Source: Vermamoeba vermiformis
Lineage: Eukaryota
Length of the DNA stretch: 64,000 nt
NCBI GenBank assembly: GCA_045837725.1
Contig: JBEWZL010000006.1
Coordinates: forward strand, 1 to 64,000
Direction: 5' to 3'
This document shows positions 14,019 through 26,987 of the stretch, one piece after another (the first letter of the stretch is position 1; each line of letters starts with the position of its first letter). The notes below the pieces were generated by a model that was not told where the DNA came from, made no database searches, and saw only the letters and a program-made list of their open reading frames with translations. A program made the position numbers and the translations under genes.

Positions 14019-16790
14019 ATGTCGGAATTGAAGTTCTCTACTGAATTATGGGTAAGAATCGTGGCTACATCCAACGACCAAATTTAATTTAGCTCATACC
14101 GCAAATTTTCTAAAAATACGTTTACTAACGAAATTGCATAATATTTAGGGTGGTGTTAAAACTGTCTATGAGCGCTGGGAAGAGGGTCATGGCACAGTCA
14201 CGAATCTGATTAAGTTTTTTTTGCAATGCGGCACCATTGAAAGCGAATACGCGAAGAGATGGGAAAAATTAGCATTAAAAACAACATTCCAAGAAAAGGG
14301 GTACGTAATAACGTTGCCTATGGCCTATTTCGAATCTGTCATTTACGGATTTATTCCGTTTACAGAACCGTCGGTACAGGCCTCGAAGGAGTTCGCGACT
14401 TCGTTGATGCGCTAGGTAAAGAGCACAACAAGGTGTTCAGCATCTTGCAAACTGATATTACTTCGCCTCTCGAAGTCACAAAGAAAAACCAATCCGAAGA
14501 CAAAAGCATGGTACGTTCAAATAATTTATAAATATGATAGCCTAAATAGCAACATATATTATAAGATAAAGCGAGTTTTCAATCAATTTATTGTATCGGT
14601 TTAATTGCCGACAAAATACATAGATTTTTTTCGATCCGATAATCTTCTAATATTTGATTTATTCGTGCAGTTGGTAAAGAAAATCACCGAATTAGAAAAG
14701 AACCTTGAAAAGGGTCGTCAAGAGCTTCAGAAGGTACGCTAATATTTATTTCTTGAATTTTGTTGTCTTAACGGTCTTATTTATTATTAGAGCAAACAAA
14801 AATACTATAAATTGGCATTAGAATATGAAATGAGCTGCGCTGAATTGGACAGAGGCGAGAAAGACCCTAACATTAAGCCTAAAGATTTAAACAAGGTACG
14901 TTTTGTCCCGAACGTCTCCCGTGCCTAAAAAAATTTTCAAAAAAATGCTGCTCGTGTCACATTAACAGAAATAGTATCTTTTCTTGGAATAATACTTCTT
15001 TCCCTGTATATGACGCTATTTGATTAAAATTTTCGGATCTACCTACCGAATTATTGCAAAGACTAACGACTAGTATTTTCAGTTGCGCACGAACAAGCAA
15101 CAATTGAAGCAAGACTCGGATCTGGCTCATCAAGCCTACAAACAACAAGTCAATGACTTTAAGAGCTATCAAATCAAATTCGAAGAACAAATGAAAAAAC
15201 ACTTGGAAGATTTCCAAGACATGGAATTCAAGCGCATTCAAAAGCTCAAAGAATTGCTCGAGATTTTTGTTCGTTCTCAAGAACAGCTCGTGGCCTCGTT
15301 CCAAGCTAGCGTTGCTGAAGTCAAGAAGTCAATTTTAGCTATCAACGACAAGAAGGATATTGATACCTTCGTATTGACAAATAAGACCAACCTCGTCCCC
15401 GAAGAACTTGTGCAATATGAGGCCTACCAATCACAAGTAAGTCCCACGCAAACGACTTTCCCGTCACGAAATTTCACGGTCCTCGTCTCGCTTTAGTTAA
15501 GTCACGGAACTAACACGGCATTGTTTTCTATAGCTCGATGCCAACGGTAACTTAATTGAGTCCCCCGATCAAGTCGATAAGAGCTTGAAGCGCAAGAGTT
15601 TGAGCAGCAAGTCACTGGTCAAGGGCAAGATCACGAAGAACGATTCAAAGATGGACTTGAACGTTAACAAGAGCCCTGAGTCGGACAAGAAAGAGAAGGA
15701 TAAGAAAGACAAGACAGAAAAGAAGACTAAGTCAGCGCCTACTTCCACTGGTGCTGTTATCAGCGCTAATGTCGAGACTGGCGACAAAGACTCATCGCCG
15801 CGTAAAGACGAAAAGAAGACCGAAGACAAGCCTAAGAAAGATGTCGAGGTCAGCGTCGATGTCAAGGCAGTTGAAAATGTCGAGGCTCCTGTTGAAGGTG
15901 ACGGATCTCAAACTCCCAAGGACAAAAAACGAAGAAAGAAGCGCGATGCTGAGGGTGAAAAGAAAGACGAAACTGAAGTCAAAGCTGGAGACGATAAGCC
16001 TACTACTGATGAAACTAAAGAAGGCGGCGAAGTCAAAGCTGAAGGTTCTGCGGATGTCGGTTTGACGAAAGAAGAGCGCAAAGAAGAACGCGAAAAGAGA
16101 CGCAAAGAAAAGAAAGAACGAGAAGAGAAGGAAGCTAAAGAGGCTAAGGAGACTAAGGAAGTTAAAGAAGAAGTCAAATCAGAACAGCCTAAAGAAAAGA
16201 AACACAACTACAGCCACATTAAGTGCGTTACAAAAAATTTCCTTTTTTGGAAAATTGAAATCTGAATTCTAATCTCGAATTCTAGGGTTGGCTCTAAAGT
16301 GCGTGCAATGTTCGACTATACAGCTGCCGATGACACAGAACTCTCATTCAATGCCGATGATTTCATTACAGTTATCAAGAATGATGGATCCATTCCGGAT
16401 TGGGTGACTGGAGAACTCAACGGCAAAGTCGGCTTGTTCCCTGCTAACTATATTGAAGCTGGTCGATTCTGCGTCGTATTATTCGAATTTGTTGCTGAAA
16501 ATGAAGACGAGTTGACTATTCAGGTACGCGATCCAGTCGAGTTTATCTGAAGCTACCAGATATACGAGATACTAATAACAAATGCTTAATATAATGTTCG
16601 ATCGTGCATGATAATAATATTTCTCATTTTTAAGGTCGGAGAAGAAATTTTTGTGGATTCAGAAAACGAAGGCTGGTTACACGGTACCAACAAAGAAGGC
16701 AAGAGTGGCTTATTCCCTGCCAATTACGTCCAAGATGCATCGAAGGAGGTCGATATTACTTCACCTCGTCCTGACGTAACACCCAAATAG
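14019..16790 (+). CDS. F-BAR (FCH) domain protein with a Lys/Glu-rich linker and two C-terminal SH3 domains
   Basis: The F-BAR region is MSELKFSTELW...IESEYAKRWEKL...FQDMEFKRI. SH3-1 is VRAMFDYTAADDTELSF...WVTGELNGKVGLFPANYIE, and SH3-2 is VLFEFVAENEDELTI...GWLHG...GLFPANYV. Confidence 0.9.
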
Positions 16791-16994
16791 AATTACGATG
16801 ATAGTTCTTTTTGGATCCCTGTAGTTTTTAATAACCAATTACAAATTGTATCTTATAATTAAATCTAACTTATTTAACGAAGGTACTTGCAAGGCGACTC
16901 CATAATTATTGGCAGCAATACCGTTCAATTCAAATTTTTATTTGAGCGGAAACAGATCGCGATGAAAACGGATTTATGCAACATAACAAGTCGT

Positions 16995-17740
16995 TTAAAA
17001 TCTAAAATTTCGTAACATAGGATTAGGTACTTCATTCCAGGAGGAGGGAGGAACACCATAAGAGATCTTCTGGCAAGGAGGTTTCAACCAGTTCAAAGGG
17101 ATCTTCTGCTCTACAAATGTCTTAAACGTCCATAGCTCATTGCCCAATGCAGTGCCTGAGAGCGGAATATCACCGGCAAAGGCCCATGCTTCATTAGGAG
17201 ACACTAGACCGTTGGTAAATTGCCAGAAGGAGAAGTTCTGACCGGTGACAGGCGTTTTGGTAGCGGTGACAAAAATGGAGTTGTTAGGTGTTATGAATGA
17301 CCAGTAGTCATCTACTTGGGGCCATGAAGCTACGACGCACGAGAAGTCTGTTTGGTTCATACCAACGAGCTGAAACAAAAAATTAACTAAAAAATACCAG
17401 GAAATAATAAGATTATTAGGTAGATCTTGACGCAAATAATGCTAAATTTTTACGAGTTTCTTTCAAAAAGCGATTATTGATTTTTGTTGTTTAGATAAAA
17501 TCGATTTGTACTTACAATTTTATTTTTAATATCGAAAAACAGGGTTAGGCCATAAATAGGAAAGTCCCACCTGTGTCCAACACCTTGAGCTGAGTAAATT
17601 GTGAACATGCTGGGAGCCAGATCCCACGCTTGAGATTGGGACCCCGTTGCGACGAAGTTGTTTGTTGGGTTAGGCAGCGGTACATTTCCACAAAATACTG
17701 CAGAAACGATGGTAATGAATAAAAGCGTTAAAAGGCTCAT
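16995..17740 (-). CDS. Secreted protein of unknown function (~200 aa, 2 exons); possibly ependymin/LolA-like beta-sheet fold
   Basis: Signal peptide MSLLTLLFITIVSAVFCG, GTAAGT donor at ~17515, and a Trp/Phe-rich second exon with a late Cys (WLKPPC). The fold guess is inference only. Confidence 0.7.
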
Positions 17741-18417
17741 TTGATTAGAGTTGTATTCGTTGGCGGCAAGTTTCAGTTACAGAAATTTAAATTTAAACCT
17801 TGTGCGCCCGCTAGAATCGTAGAATATTCTGAGATAATCACCTGCCTTGGCAACCCAGAAAGGAAAACAACACGTGACATGATCCAATTACGGCAAGTGT
17901 CTCGCTTTATGTATCTATAAATACATTGTGAAGTGAGTGTAATTGTACCAGATATTTTACAGGTATTTTTCTGCCGAGAGCTAAAACTTTTTTTGTTTCT
18001 CGGCGGTAAAAGTACGAACTTTATCAAATTTTGCGTTCCCCCATCATCAAGAACTTCGCGTTTTCCAGTCGCCTCCGTATTTTCCAATTTTGGAACTGAT
18101 CTCGGTTCGTGCATTGCTAAAATATCAGTATCTCATCATTATCTGTCCGTCCATTCAGCGGAGCAAGTGAAAAAAATTGAGCTGTAGCATTTAACTTGTG
18201 CCGAATTGCCAGCAGCGGGATTTCACTTTCAAGAAACCGCAATTTTATTGGAAGAACGGGAGTCGGGGGGGGGGGGGAGTTTGATCGTGTACAATCGAGT
18301 ATCTACGACTGCATTCTTGTGTCCGCGAAACAACCCGCACTCGTCGTACATTCCACAGAACTTGTTGCGAGGTCAGCAGAGGGCGTTAAAAAAATCGAGT
18401 CAAATAAAAAAGCGCCA

Positions 18418-21217
18418 TTAGAATTTATTAAGGTCTCCAATAATATTCACTGGTCGTCCATTGAACAGCTTTGAAATACTTTGTTCAATGTTTTTCTTCA
18501 ACGCCAACACTCTTTTCTTCAGCTTCTCCATATTATTCGCGTTGTTTTGAATTGAACTCTCAAGTTCATCTTTCTTACGTTGTAATTCTGCGCGGCCAGT
18601 TTGCAATTTGTTCGAGACTTCCAACTTGCTCGCAATGGATTCGGCCAAACGATCCACAAATCTAATTTCATATGATATTAAAATTAATATTGTATCGCAT
18701 AATAATAAAATAGCGCAATTTAAGCAAGCTAGATCAATATTAAATTTGAAACGTAGATCCGATTCTGCGTGTAGCGCATCCAACAACCGTTGAATTTCGC
18801 GGGTCTTATTTTCAACTAAATATTAACGTACCTTTTAGAATGGGAGATTTCGAGGAATTGTTTGAATTTCTCGCCGTCAATGACTTGCAAGATGGCTTGC
18901 ACGTGACCCAACAATTTCTGCACTGCCTCGCTGCTGTTATATTGTTGGACTATTTTACCTTCATCAGTGTTGTTAATAGCGATAATAGGCGTCGTATTAG
19001 ACTTTTCTTCGACCTTCAATTCAACGAGTCTTTGGCTCAAAAATGATTCAAGCTACAAACCGAAAAAAAATTTAATTAATACCGTAGTTCATTGGATCCG
19101 AAATAAAATTGATAAAAATATTATAGGTAGTGTTATTAGTGTTATTATTACCTCAAATAAGTTGTCTAAGAACTTGTTTCTGACAGTTGGATTGGCTAAA
19201 ATAGTCTCTGAACTTGAAACAGGCGCAGAACTGAATTCTTGACCGCTCGACACGGTGAAAGCCTCCGAAGTGATGCTAGATTCGCCTAAAAAGGAAATAA
19301 TTACACCAGGGCTAAAAATATCGTATGAGACAGGGTCGTGACGTACCTTCATTTTCAATGGTGATTTCAAAGTTGGAAATGTCACTGTCATTTGCAGCGG
19401 ATCCAGATCCGCTCACGTCAATGTCCCATTTAATCTCGAGTGGCGCAGATTCGACGGGAATTTCCGCTGGCTTAACTTCATCTGGCGTGCTCGAACTTCC
19501 ACCACCGAGATCGAAATCTCCCCAGTTAATCTCAATAGCACCAGTATTCGAGGAATTATTATTTGAGTTGTTTTGTGTGTTAGTGGCACTGCTGTCAATC
19601 AATTCAATGCCTTGATTGGTGTTCTTCGTGTAATTCAGCAAACTGTCATTGCCGTGCGATTGAACGTAAATCAAAGTAGCCAAATCTCCTTCAACCTGTA
19701 ACTACACGTTAATATATTTACCGATAATAATTCAGATCTGAATTTCTAAGATTAAAATATTTCGACAGATCTGCGATCCGGATGTGGATCAAAAAAACTT
19801 TTTGGGTTGGTGAGATCTTTAGTATTGAGCTATAGTACTTACTGTAGTCCCAGAGGTATCTCCACGATTAATTTTCATGAACGCGTCGTAATATTTAATG
19901 GCTTCAGAAGTCTGATTTTGTTGCGTGAGAGTTGCGATCTTGTCGAACAATTTTGGCAATTCTTCGCTCGCTGATGTAACTAATTCTGTTTTGATATCTT
20001 TGCCCTAGGCAGGTACGATAAGAATATATACTAGGAGTAGCTTTTTTAATATTAGGAAAAGCCTATTTGTGATGCAAAAGTGTCAGCTTGAATTGGTCGG
20101 CAAAAATTTTGAAAATTGCCTGAAAATTTTAGAGCGAAATAAAATTGATAATTTTTTTGCCACGTACTTCAATACCAAACTCAGCGCAGGCTTGAGTAAA
20201 CTGAGTTTTATAAGTCTGAATTGCTTTGACCTGTTCGCTGTCTTTGTGATTGTACTCTGTAATTTGTTTTTGTGCTCGTTCAATAGTCTTCTTCAATCCA
20301 GGACTTAATATAAATATTATTATCGTTACAACGTTAATTTGGTCAACAAAAAGTCAACGGAATAATTTATCCTTTCTTCTTGCTATTGTAGCCGATTTGA
20401 AGTAAAAATTGCTTAAAATATTATGACTACGATGTTATATAGTACTTACATCTCGTACAATGCGATTTGAACTAAAATTTGAGCTGCATCCGCTAAGTAA
20501 ACATTGTTTGAATTGAACGCCTTGATAATTTCGTCCCAATCCTTCAATGACTTGACTTTATAGCCTCCAAATAATGTTTTTGATTCTGCATCTTCGACTG
20601 TTCGCTTTAAAATATTCATAATTTCCATGGCGTCGTAATACGTCAGATCTGCTCGCCAAAAACAAGTCAGAATATGAACCCATATTGATAATTATTAATA
20701 AATATGGTTAATTTAGCGATAATTGGAAATGTTATGAAGAAAGTAGTTGATCTAAATACCAAAATGAAAGATTTTTTCGGATGTGACTTACCAAGACGAT
20801 CTTTAACGAACTCTTCAATTTCTTTGTTATCTTTGGGCAGTTCATTACGTGCGGCTTCAATTTTAGCTTTAATTCTGTCATAGGTGGGCTTCCAATTTTT
20901 AGGCACCTTTTTGCGATCTACCACCCATTCTATTTGCGTTCAAAAAATTAGAAAAAATATGCAATATAATATATGATATTTATCAAATAATATTTTATCA
21001 AAATATTCTCGTACAGCAAAAGCAAGATCTGACAATTTTAACAGATCAATTCTATCCAGCATTAAGGGCATAAATTTATTAAAATTTATTATGATATATT
21101 TAAGTACGTATTATGCAATACGACTTGAGCCTTACCAAGCAATTTATGGGCTTGGATGTCGATCGGAATGTCTTTCTCCTCAGGGCCTTCATATCCGCTT
21201 CCTAATATTCTAAACAT
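18418..21217 (-). CDS. CDK5RAP3: CDK5 regulatory subunit-associated protein 3 (C53, UFMylation/ER-phagy adaptor)
   Basis: Motifs include DIPIDIQAHKLL, WVVDRKKVPKNW, SKTLFGGY...LKDWDEI, NNVYLADAAQILVQ, shuffled-AIM-like INWG and IKWD, RNKFLDNLFE, and the C-terminus ISKLFNGRPVNIIGDLN. Confidence 0.93.
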
Positions 21218-21320
21218 CTTATATGAAAAATAAATACAACACTAATGTGCTTGTATATTGCGGAACAGGCTTTGAAAAAGCAAAACTTTTTGGGTTTAGT
21301 TTTATCTATCTATCCATTCA
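21070..21320. repeat. Direct repeat copy A (CDK5RAP3 exon 1, intron 1 start and upstream region)
   Basis: Aligns by eye with ~38970-39210. The ~80 bp exon core differs at one position. Confidence 0.85.
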
Positions 21321-22054
21321 ATAGAGGAGACCTCATTGGAGTTCGGTTCTTATTTTTCGGGCAAAAAGACAGGTATTAAACCTAAATTGTTGCTATTTTG
21401 TAATTTCTCATCATAATATTTAGTTAGGTTGTCCTGTCTCAGATGCGATTTTCTGATCTAATTTTGGACTGCTTACAAAATTGATAATAATGCGCACATA
21501 ATTTCGAAAATAATACACGAATACTATATTGCAGCATAATAGTCGAATATTTTACTGGCTTTTTTTAAATTAACTTCGTGATCCGTTTTCGCTTGTGCGC
21601 CAATGTAAATCAGATCAGACATGCAGCATATATTTGCATTAATATTGTAATGTTCAAGTAATAAGTCTAAAACCTTGCAGGCTGAAATTTTGTACACGCG
21701 ACTAACGGCCCAGATTCAACAAAGCGAAGTCATTGCAACCTGAATACATTCAAACTTGGAAATGTAACACTAAGGTATGGTAAATAGACTGTTTATAACT
21801 AAAATTTAATCAAATCATTACTCTATAAAACATTTGCGATTAACGCCAGATCTGCTTCCCTCTCGTAATTAATACCCTTTATTATATTTAGGAAATCCTT
21901 TTTCAGATCACCTTCCCGTTGTATTACTTTAAAGCTTGGACAACAATGTAATCACAATCTCGCCTGCACAAAGTCTCTTTGTAGACCTTGCCTGACAACA
22001 TGACAGCCGCTATTTTTCTGTTTTCTCAAAGTCTACACTGGATTACGCTGCACC

Positions 22055-25000
22055 ATGACTACCACAACGGCATATATATTTGGAGTCATTTGCATTATTC
22101 TGGTGCTGCAAGCTGTCGATCCGGTCGAATCAATCTTAATCGTAAATACAGGCGTTGATCAGATTACCTATCGAGCTCCTTATATATTCTTTGGAGCTCA
22201 TCCGTTTAATTTAACAGCAGAGCTGGTATTGGCTATCGATTATGATTCGTGCAACGAGTTGCAGTCAAATCTAGATCTGGCTGACAAAATCGTTGTATCT
22301 GGTGCACCTAGCGAATGTCCACCGAGCGAAACGGAGTCTGGGCTGGGGATTAGAGCTACAAATGTCCTGCATACTAATGCGCGCGTATGTATAAAGTACT
22401 TTAAAGAATTAATTGCAATTCTTTTTTTATTTTTCTAAAATATGGCTCTAACTTAACAATAGGCCGTGGTTTTTATCATTCGAGATAATGATGTCGAAAG
22501 AAGTTTTCGTTCCGCGAGTGCTGGATTTTTGATGCTCGATCTGCCAATTTTAATTTTGTCTTTAGAAGTACGATCACATGTCACTCTATAGCAGCGATTT
22601 TACAAGGGCCAATCCCTAATATTGATTTGCAGTGGTTAAATCCATTGCCATCTGCTCCAGGAATCCAAGTTATTACAAGTAAGTTGACAATTAGCAATAA
22701 TATTATAAACGCCATAAATCGAGACACTATCAAGCATCCTGTGATTTTTGGTAGAGTTTTAGACCATAATTAAATTACATAAATCAAAACCCCATCGATT
22801 TCGTTTTAGCAATGATGAATTTTCCGCATTATTTGTGCATAATCGTTTTTTCTTTCTTCATTATCCTTCATTTTTTCAACATGTTGCATCTGATCCAGGT
22901 CTAACCACGACCTGATCCATAGATTACATCTCTGATGGCCAACACTATTATTGGTTTCTACATCCATCCCTGATCATTTGGTTAAACGCTGGAATTAGAG
23001 GGTCGATTATTCGCCTCGCATTGGGCCGTTTGACAGTGAAAACATAACAAGTAGTAATATTTTATGTCTATAATTGCTTCGCCCTGCGTCTTGCCTTTTC
23101 AAATGTTGTGTCATTGCCACGAGCGATTAAACTCGAAGCTCCTTGTAGAATGTCCTGACGTTACGTGGTCGTACAAACCAGATTTGGAGATGATCCATTG
23201 CATGTTGGGACCTGACTCCCCTCCTGAGCCTGCCTGAGATTGACGTAGCGTTTGTCACTATGTACTTTTTTTATTAGATTTTTCGTATGGTTTGGTTGTC
23301 AGTATCAACGACGACTGTTTTTCATCGAGGCTGGAACGTTGATCGTTTGCATTGCCTGATTGTGTTTGCTGAGTGTTTTGCTATATCTATGCAGAGGCTA
23401 TGCGTTTTGGCTACTGGTTTTGTTGGTTGTGTTGTTGCGATACGCATTTCAAGTAGCTGTTAGACTACTGGACTCTCTTGACTCTCTCAGGAGGTTTGCA
23501 GGTTTCTTTCCTTCCTGAGCTTGGAGGCTGCGTTCGCTGCCAGAAGAAGCTAGCTGAGCTGGGCCCTCTGGTACTGTGGAGAGTTGGTCGCGGTGTCAGC
23601 GGTGAGGTCCCCAGCAGGAGCTTTAGCTGAGATTTGGATTGTCCCCGCAGAGTTTGCTGTGGGTTACTTACCTTACAGCACTTATGCAGAATATTGTTGG
23701 CTGTGATTTCTGAGCTATCTTTTGGTGCTCTTTCGCAGCTTTTTATTCTTTTCCTCTTTATTCTTTTTTCCTACTTTTACTTTCTATTTTTGTCTGTGTA
23801 CACCAACTTTTATTTTTTTTAAATAACTTTTAACTAATTCATCAGTTCTGAATATTATTATTTATTCAACTTTATTAGCCTATATTAATATTTAGTTCTT
23901 AAAAATTTCAAACGCAAGCTATCTTTCTTTATCGCTGCAAAATCTGATTCTATCTTCGTAGGATGGCAATCATTTAATCAACGTAACGCAACGCACGAAT
24001 ACTACTCTATTAGCTACGATTATATCAGGTAAATCTTTTTTAGTCCTAAATAAGACTTAATTTAATATTCCGCTGCTTAGACGAAATCCCAATCCTCGAC
24101 ACTGGCAGATCAGGCATACATACCTTTCTCATTGCGCTCAGTCTCGTGGTAGACTTGCTCGGAACATTTTGGACCGGTTATCAGCTTCGACTATACTTTA
24201 ATTCCCCGAGTACTGCCGCTATCTCCCGGATCGCACTTGTACTGCTACTTTTAGGTTGCATAGGTATTATCTCCAGTAATTAATTGTTATCGTTATAATT
24301 TGTGACTAACAAGCCGAGCAGCTTCAACCATAGAGAGAGTCCTCACGATATTGTTTTTGTGGCTCGTAATGTTCGATGTGAATCTGCTGACTGCAATATT
24401 CGTCATCGGAGCTTTCTTTGTCGTTTTTGCAGCGACTTTTATAGCGTTATATTGGTACGTAAAACGATGCTTAGTGGATCTACGAAAAATTTATTATTCT
24501 TAAACTTCTGACAATTATAGGTCAACACTCGTATTTCCAATGAAGAAACGAGAACTCGAAAGCTACAAATTGTTCATCCCTCTATTAGTCTTTTTTAGCG
24601 TGAGTAGTATTTACTAATTCTTCATAACGAGCCCCCTAATTAAGGTCTATGCAGGCTAACGCTATTGTCTACATGGTCATGTTAGGGCTCGGACTGAACA
24701 ATTCGACGGTTGTTCTGGATGCTATTTTTGCCGTGGTTCTTGGCGTAAGCGTGAAAATAAGTCGAATCGTAGAGCTGCATTAATTTATCCTCGACAGCTG
24801 CTAGCGTTGTATTTTATTATCAGCGGAGCTGTGCTTATTCGAACGATGACAAACTACTTCAAAGCGGCGCACTCCAAAGGCAAGGCCAAACGAGTAAGAC
24901 AAATTAATTCAATTATTAAAACTAATTTTTATACGTAATCGCACGTGGTTTTAAACGTTTAATTAATTAACTGAAACGTCACAATATACTAATTACTATC

Positions 25001-25313
25001 GATACAATCATTAATTCGTTTGTAGTTTCAGGCGGCACTTGTCTTGACCGGCATTAGCCTTGTTTTGTTGCTCGTATCAGTCGCGCTTGCTGTGCTGGAC
25101 TTGTACTACACGAATCAACTCTACTACTGGATCATACGAACGCTGATCAATTTGTTGTCAGTGCTGTCAGCAGCAGCGCTTGCAATGCTATTTAAAGACC
25201 CTTCGTCCGAACAAACGAGCACTGTAGGCGATACAGCGACGCAACCAACAACTCTTTCGACCAGCACTTCTCCTCGATCTGGTGAGAATATCGAACTTGT
25301 TACTACTAACTAA
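22055..25313 (+). CDS. Signal peptide + PA (protease-associated)-like domain + seven-transmembrane GPCR-like protein; interrupted or possibly chimeric in the middle
   Basis: The N-terminus has a signal peptide, then PA-like motifs FFGAHPFNLTAELV, SC, LADKIVV, NARAVVFI and LPILIL. Exons from 24081 to 25313 encode seven hydrophobic segments and a Ser/Thr-rich tail. No clean splicing path crosses ~23000-24010. Confidence 0.6.
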
Positions 25314-26865
25314 TCAACTCAATGTATTGTATATAACCTACCGCGTCCTTATTGAGTGCACTTGACGATCTATTTATTGTTTTCTAGGGCGTACGAGTTG
25401 TTCCGAAAGTCCTTTATGTTCGACAAAATTCAGCCTTTCAGAGTCGTAATAGCGTGTGAATTTAAATTTATTTAACTACATAATGAAAAATGCCGTTCCA
25501 AGGATAAACATGAGCACAACTTTCGTCTCATCCGCTCCAGAGTTCTTAACGGGTGTTGAACTTGGCTCTGTTCTATTTGATGCCGTTGGTTCGTTAATGT
25601 TTGGGAGCGGAGAAGAAGCCATTGGCACCGCTTGTGCTTCGCACATTTCCGCTGGGCAACCTGTACGGCAACTGGCCTGGTAAGTTTGTACGACTGGCTC
25701 ATCCATGCAACCGATTGCACTAAAACAATTAAGAAGCGTATTGTAGCATTGGCAATAGGCGGTAATATTTGGAGTAGGACATTGGGTGTAATTCTCCTCG
25801 CATTGATAGAACGGGCCAGTAACTCTAGAACATCTGTCGTTTTGTGCTTGGCCGAAAGAAGCTATGCCAATAACTGAAAGTAGAATTATGATCCAACGAT
25901 TCATTGTTTACTATGTTGCTGTCGAGTATTATTGTCGTATTTTTTACAGCAATCCCCTTTTTATTGTGTGTATCCGCTTGAATCACGAGAGGATTTGACA
26001 ACCACGAAATTTCAATCCAAATCTACACAAAACGGCATTTTAAAGCTTTGAATATCTTTTATTTCTTTACTTTCAAACATCTCCTGCCTCCTTGCTACAG
26101 CAGTTATCCCCTAAGCTCTTTCCTCCTGTGAGGTGCTGAGCCTGTTTTGTAGTTGCTTCTTCTACTCACAAATTTCTCCTCTCTTCTCCGTCTTTTTAGA
26201 TGACTACCAGCCAAACACCTCTCTGTCTGATTTATGCCCTCTTTGAAATCCTTCTTTGCTATCCCTCCTAATTCATCTCTACTGGAGAAGAGTAATTTTT
26301 TTTATGGTCTGATGTTTCATTTCCATCAGACCATCCGAACTACTTACTTGGGTAGTATGTTTTTTTACTACTTCTCTATTCGCCCTATCTCTCCTATCCA
26401 TCCAGCTCCTCAGCCCTCTTCCCCTATTTCTCCCCCCCATTCATTGCCTCATTCCCCCTCCCTCCCCTAGCCCCCACCCCCTGCTGTCCTTTCCTGTCTC
26501 TCTCCACTGACTTTCCTACCCTTTGTTCAAGCTGCTGACCCGGTCTCTTTTTTTTTCTAGGTTTTATTGCCTGTTGTTTCCTTTTCCCTTTTTTTTTTCT
26601 TTGCTGTTTGGCCTCTCTTTTTTGTGTTTCTTTTTTTTTCGCAACGACACACGCCACTTGAGATTGTATATTTACTTTAAGAAGGAAGCAATGACAACGC
26701 AACGGTTTTGCTGAAGCTGCAGTTTTGGGCGAGTTATTATTAACTTGAGTGAATTGCGACATTATAATTTAATAAATACATATAATATATAATATTATTT
26801 TGTTAATTATTGTAAATTTTAGCACGGTAAATAAAAAAACGAAAAAAGAAACAAATCCAGATTTC
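24970..26865. repeat. Local duplication unit 1 (last 7TM exon + Cys-rich gene + its upstream region)
   Basis: Colinear with ~28850-30170 from AAACGTCACAATAT to AAAAAGAAACAAATCCAGATTTC. Unit 1 has an extra ~560 bp at 26078-26640. Confidence 0.85.
25476..25904 (-). CDS. Small Cys-rich secreted, probably GPI-anchored surface protein, copy 1 (142 aa, intronless)
   Basis: Signal peptide, a domain with 10 Cys, a Ser/Thr/Pro spacer and a hydrophobic C-terminus (VVLMFILGTAFFIM). A near-identical paralog lies at 29279-29707. Confidence 0.85.
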   Translation of the reverse strand: MNRWIIILLSVIGIASFGQAQNDRCSRVTGPFYQCEENYTQCPTPNITAYCQCYNTLLNCFSAIGCMDEPVVQTYQASCRTGCPAEMCEAQAVPMASSPLPNINEPTASNRTEPSSTPVKNSGADETKVVLMFILGTAFFIM

Positions 26866-26987
26866 GATTTAGGCAACGCCGATTAGTGCGTACTGAATCG
26901 AATTATCACGAAGTAAATATTTCTACGATTAATCTGTAATTTACTAATAGTTTGATCCTCCAAGAGACATTTCTGTGTTGTAACTAG

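Noticed and set aside
18266-18278. Poly-G run downstream of CDK5RAP3
   Set aside because: It is an isolated homopolymer with no associated structure.
23846-23961. In-frame TAG codons suggesting stop-codon reassignment
   Set aside because: Other genes here end normally in TAG, TAA and TGA, and these TAGs fit intron acceptors.
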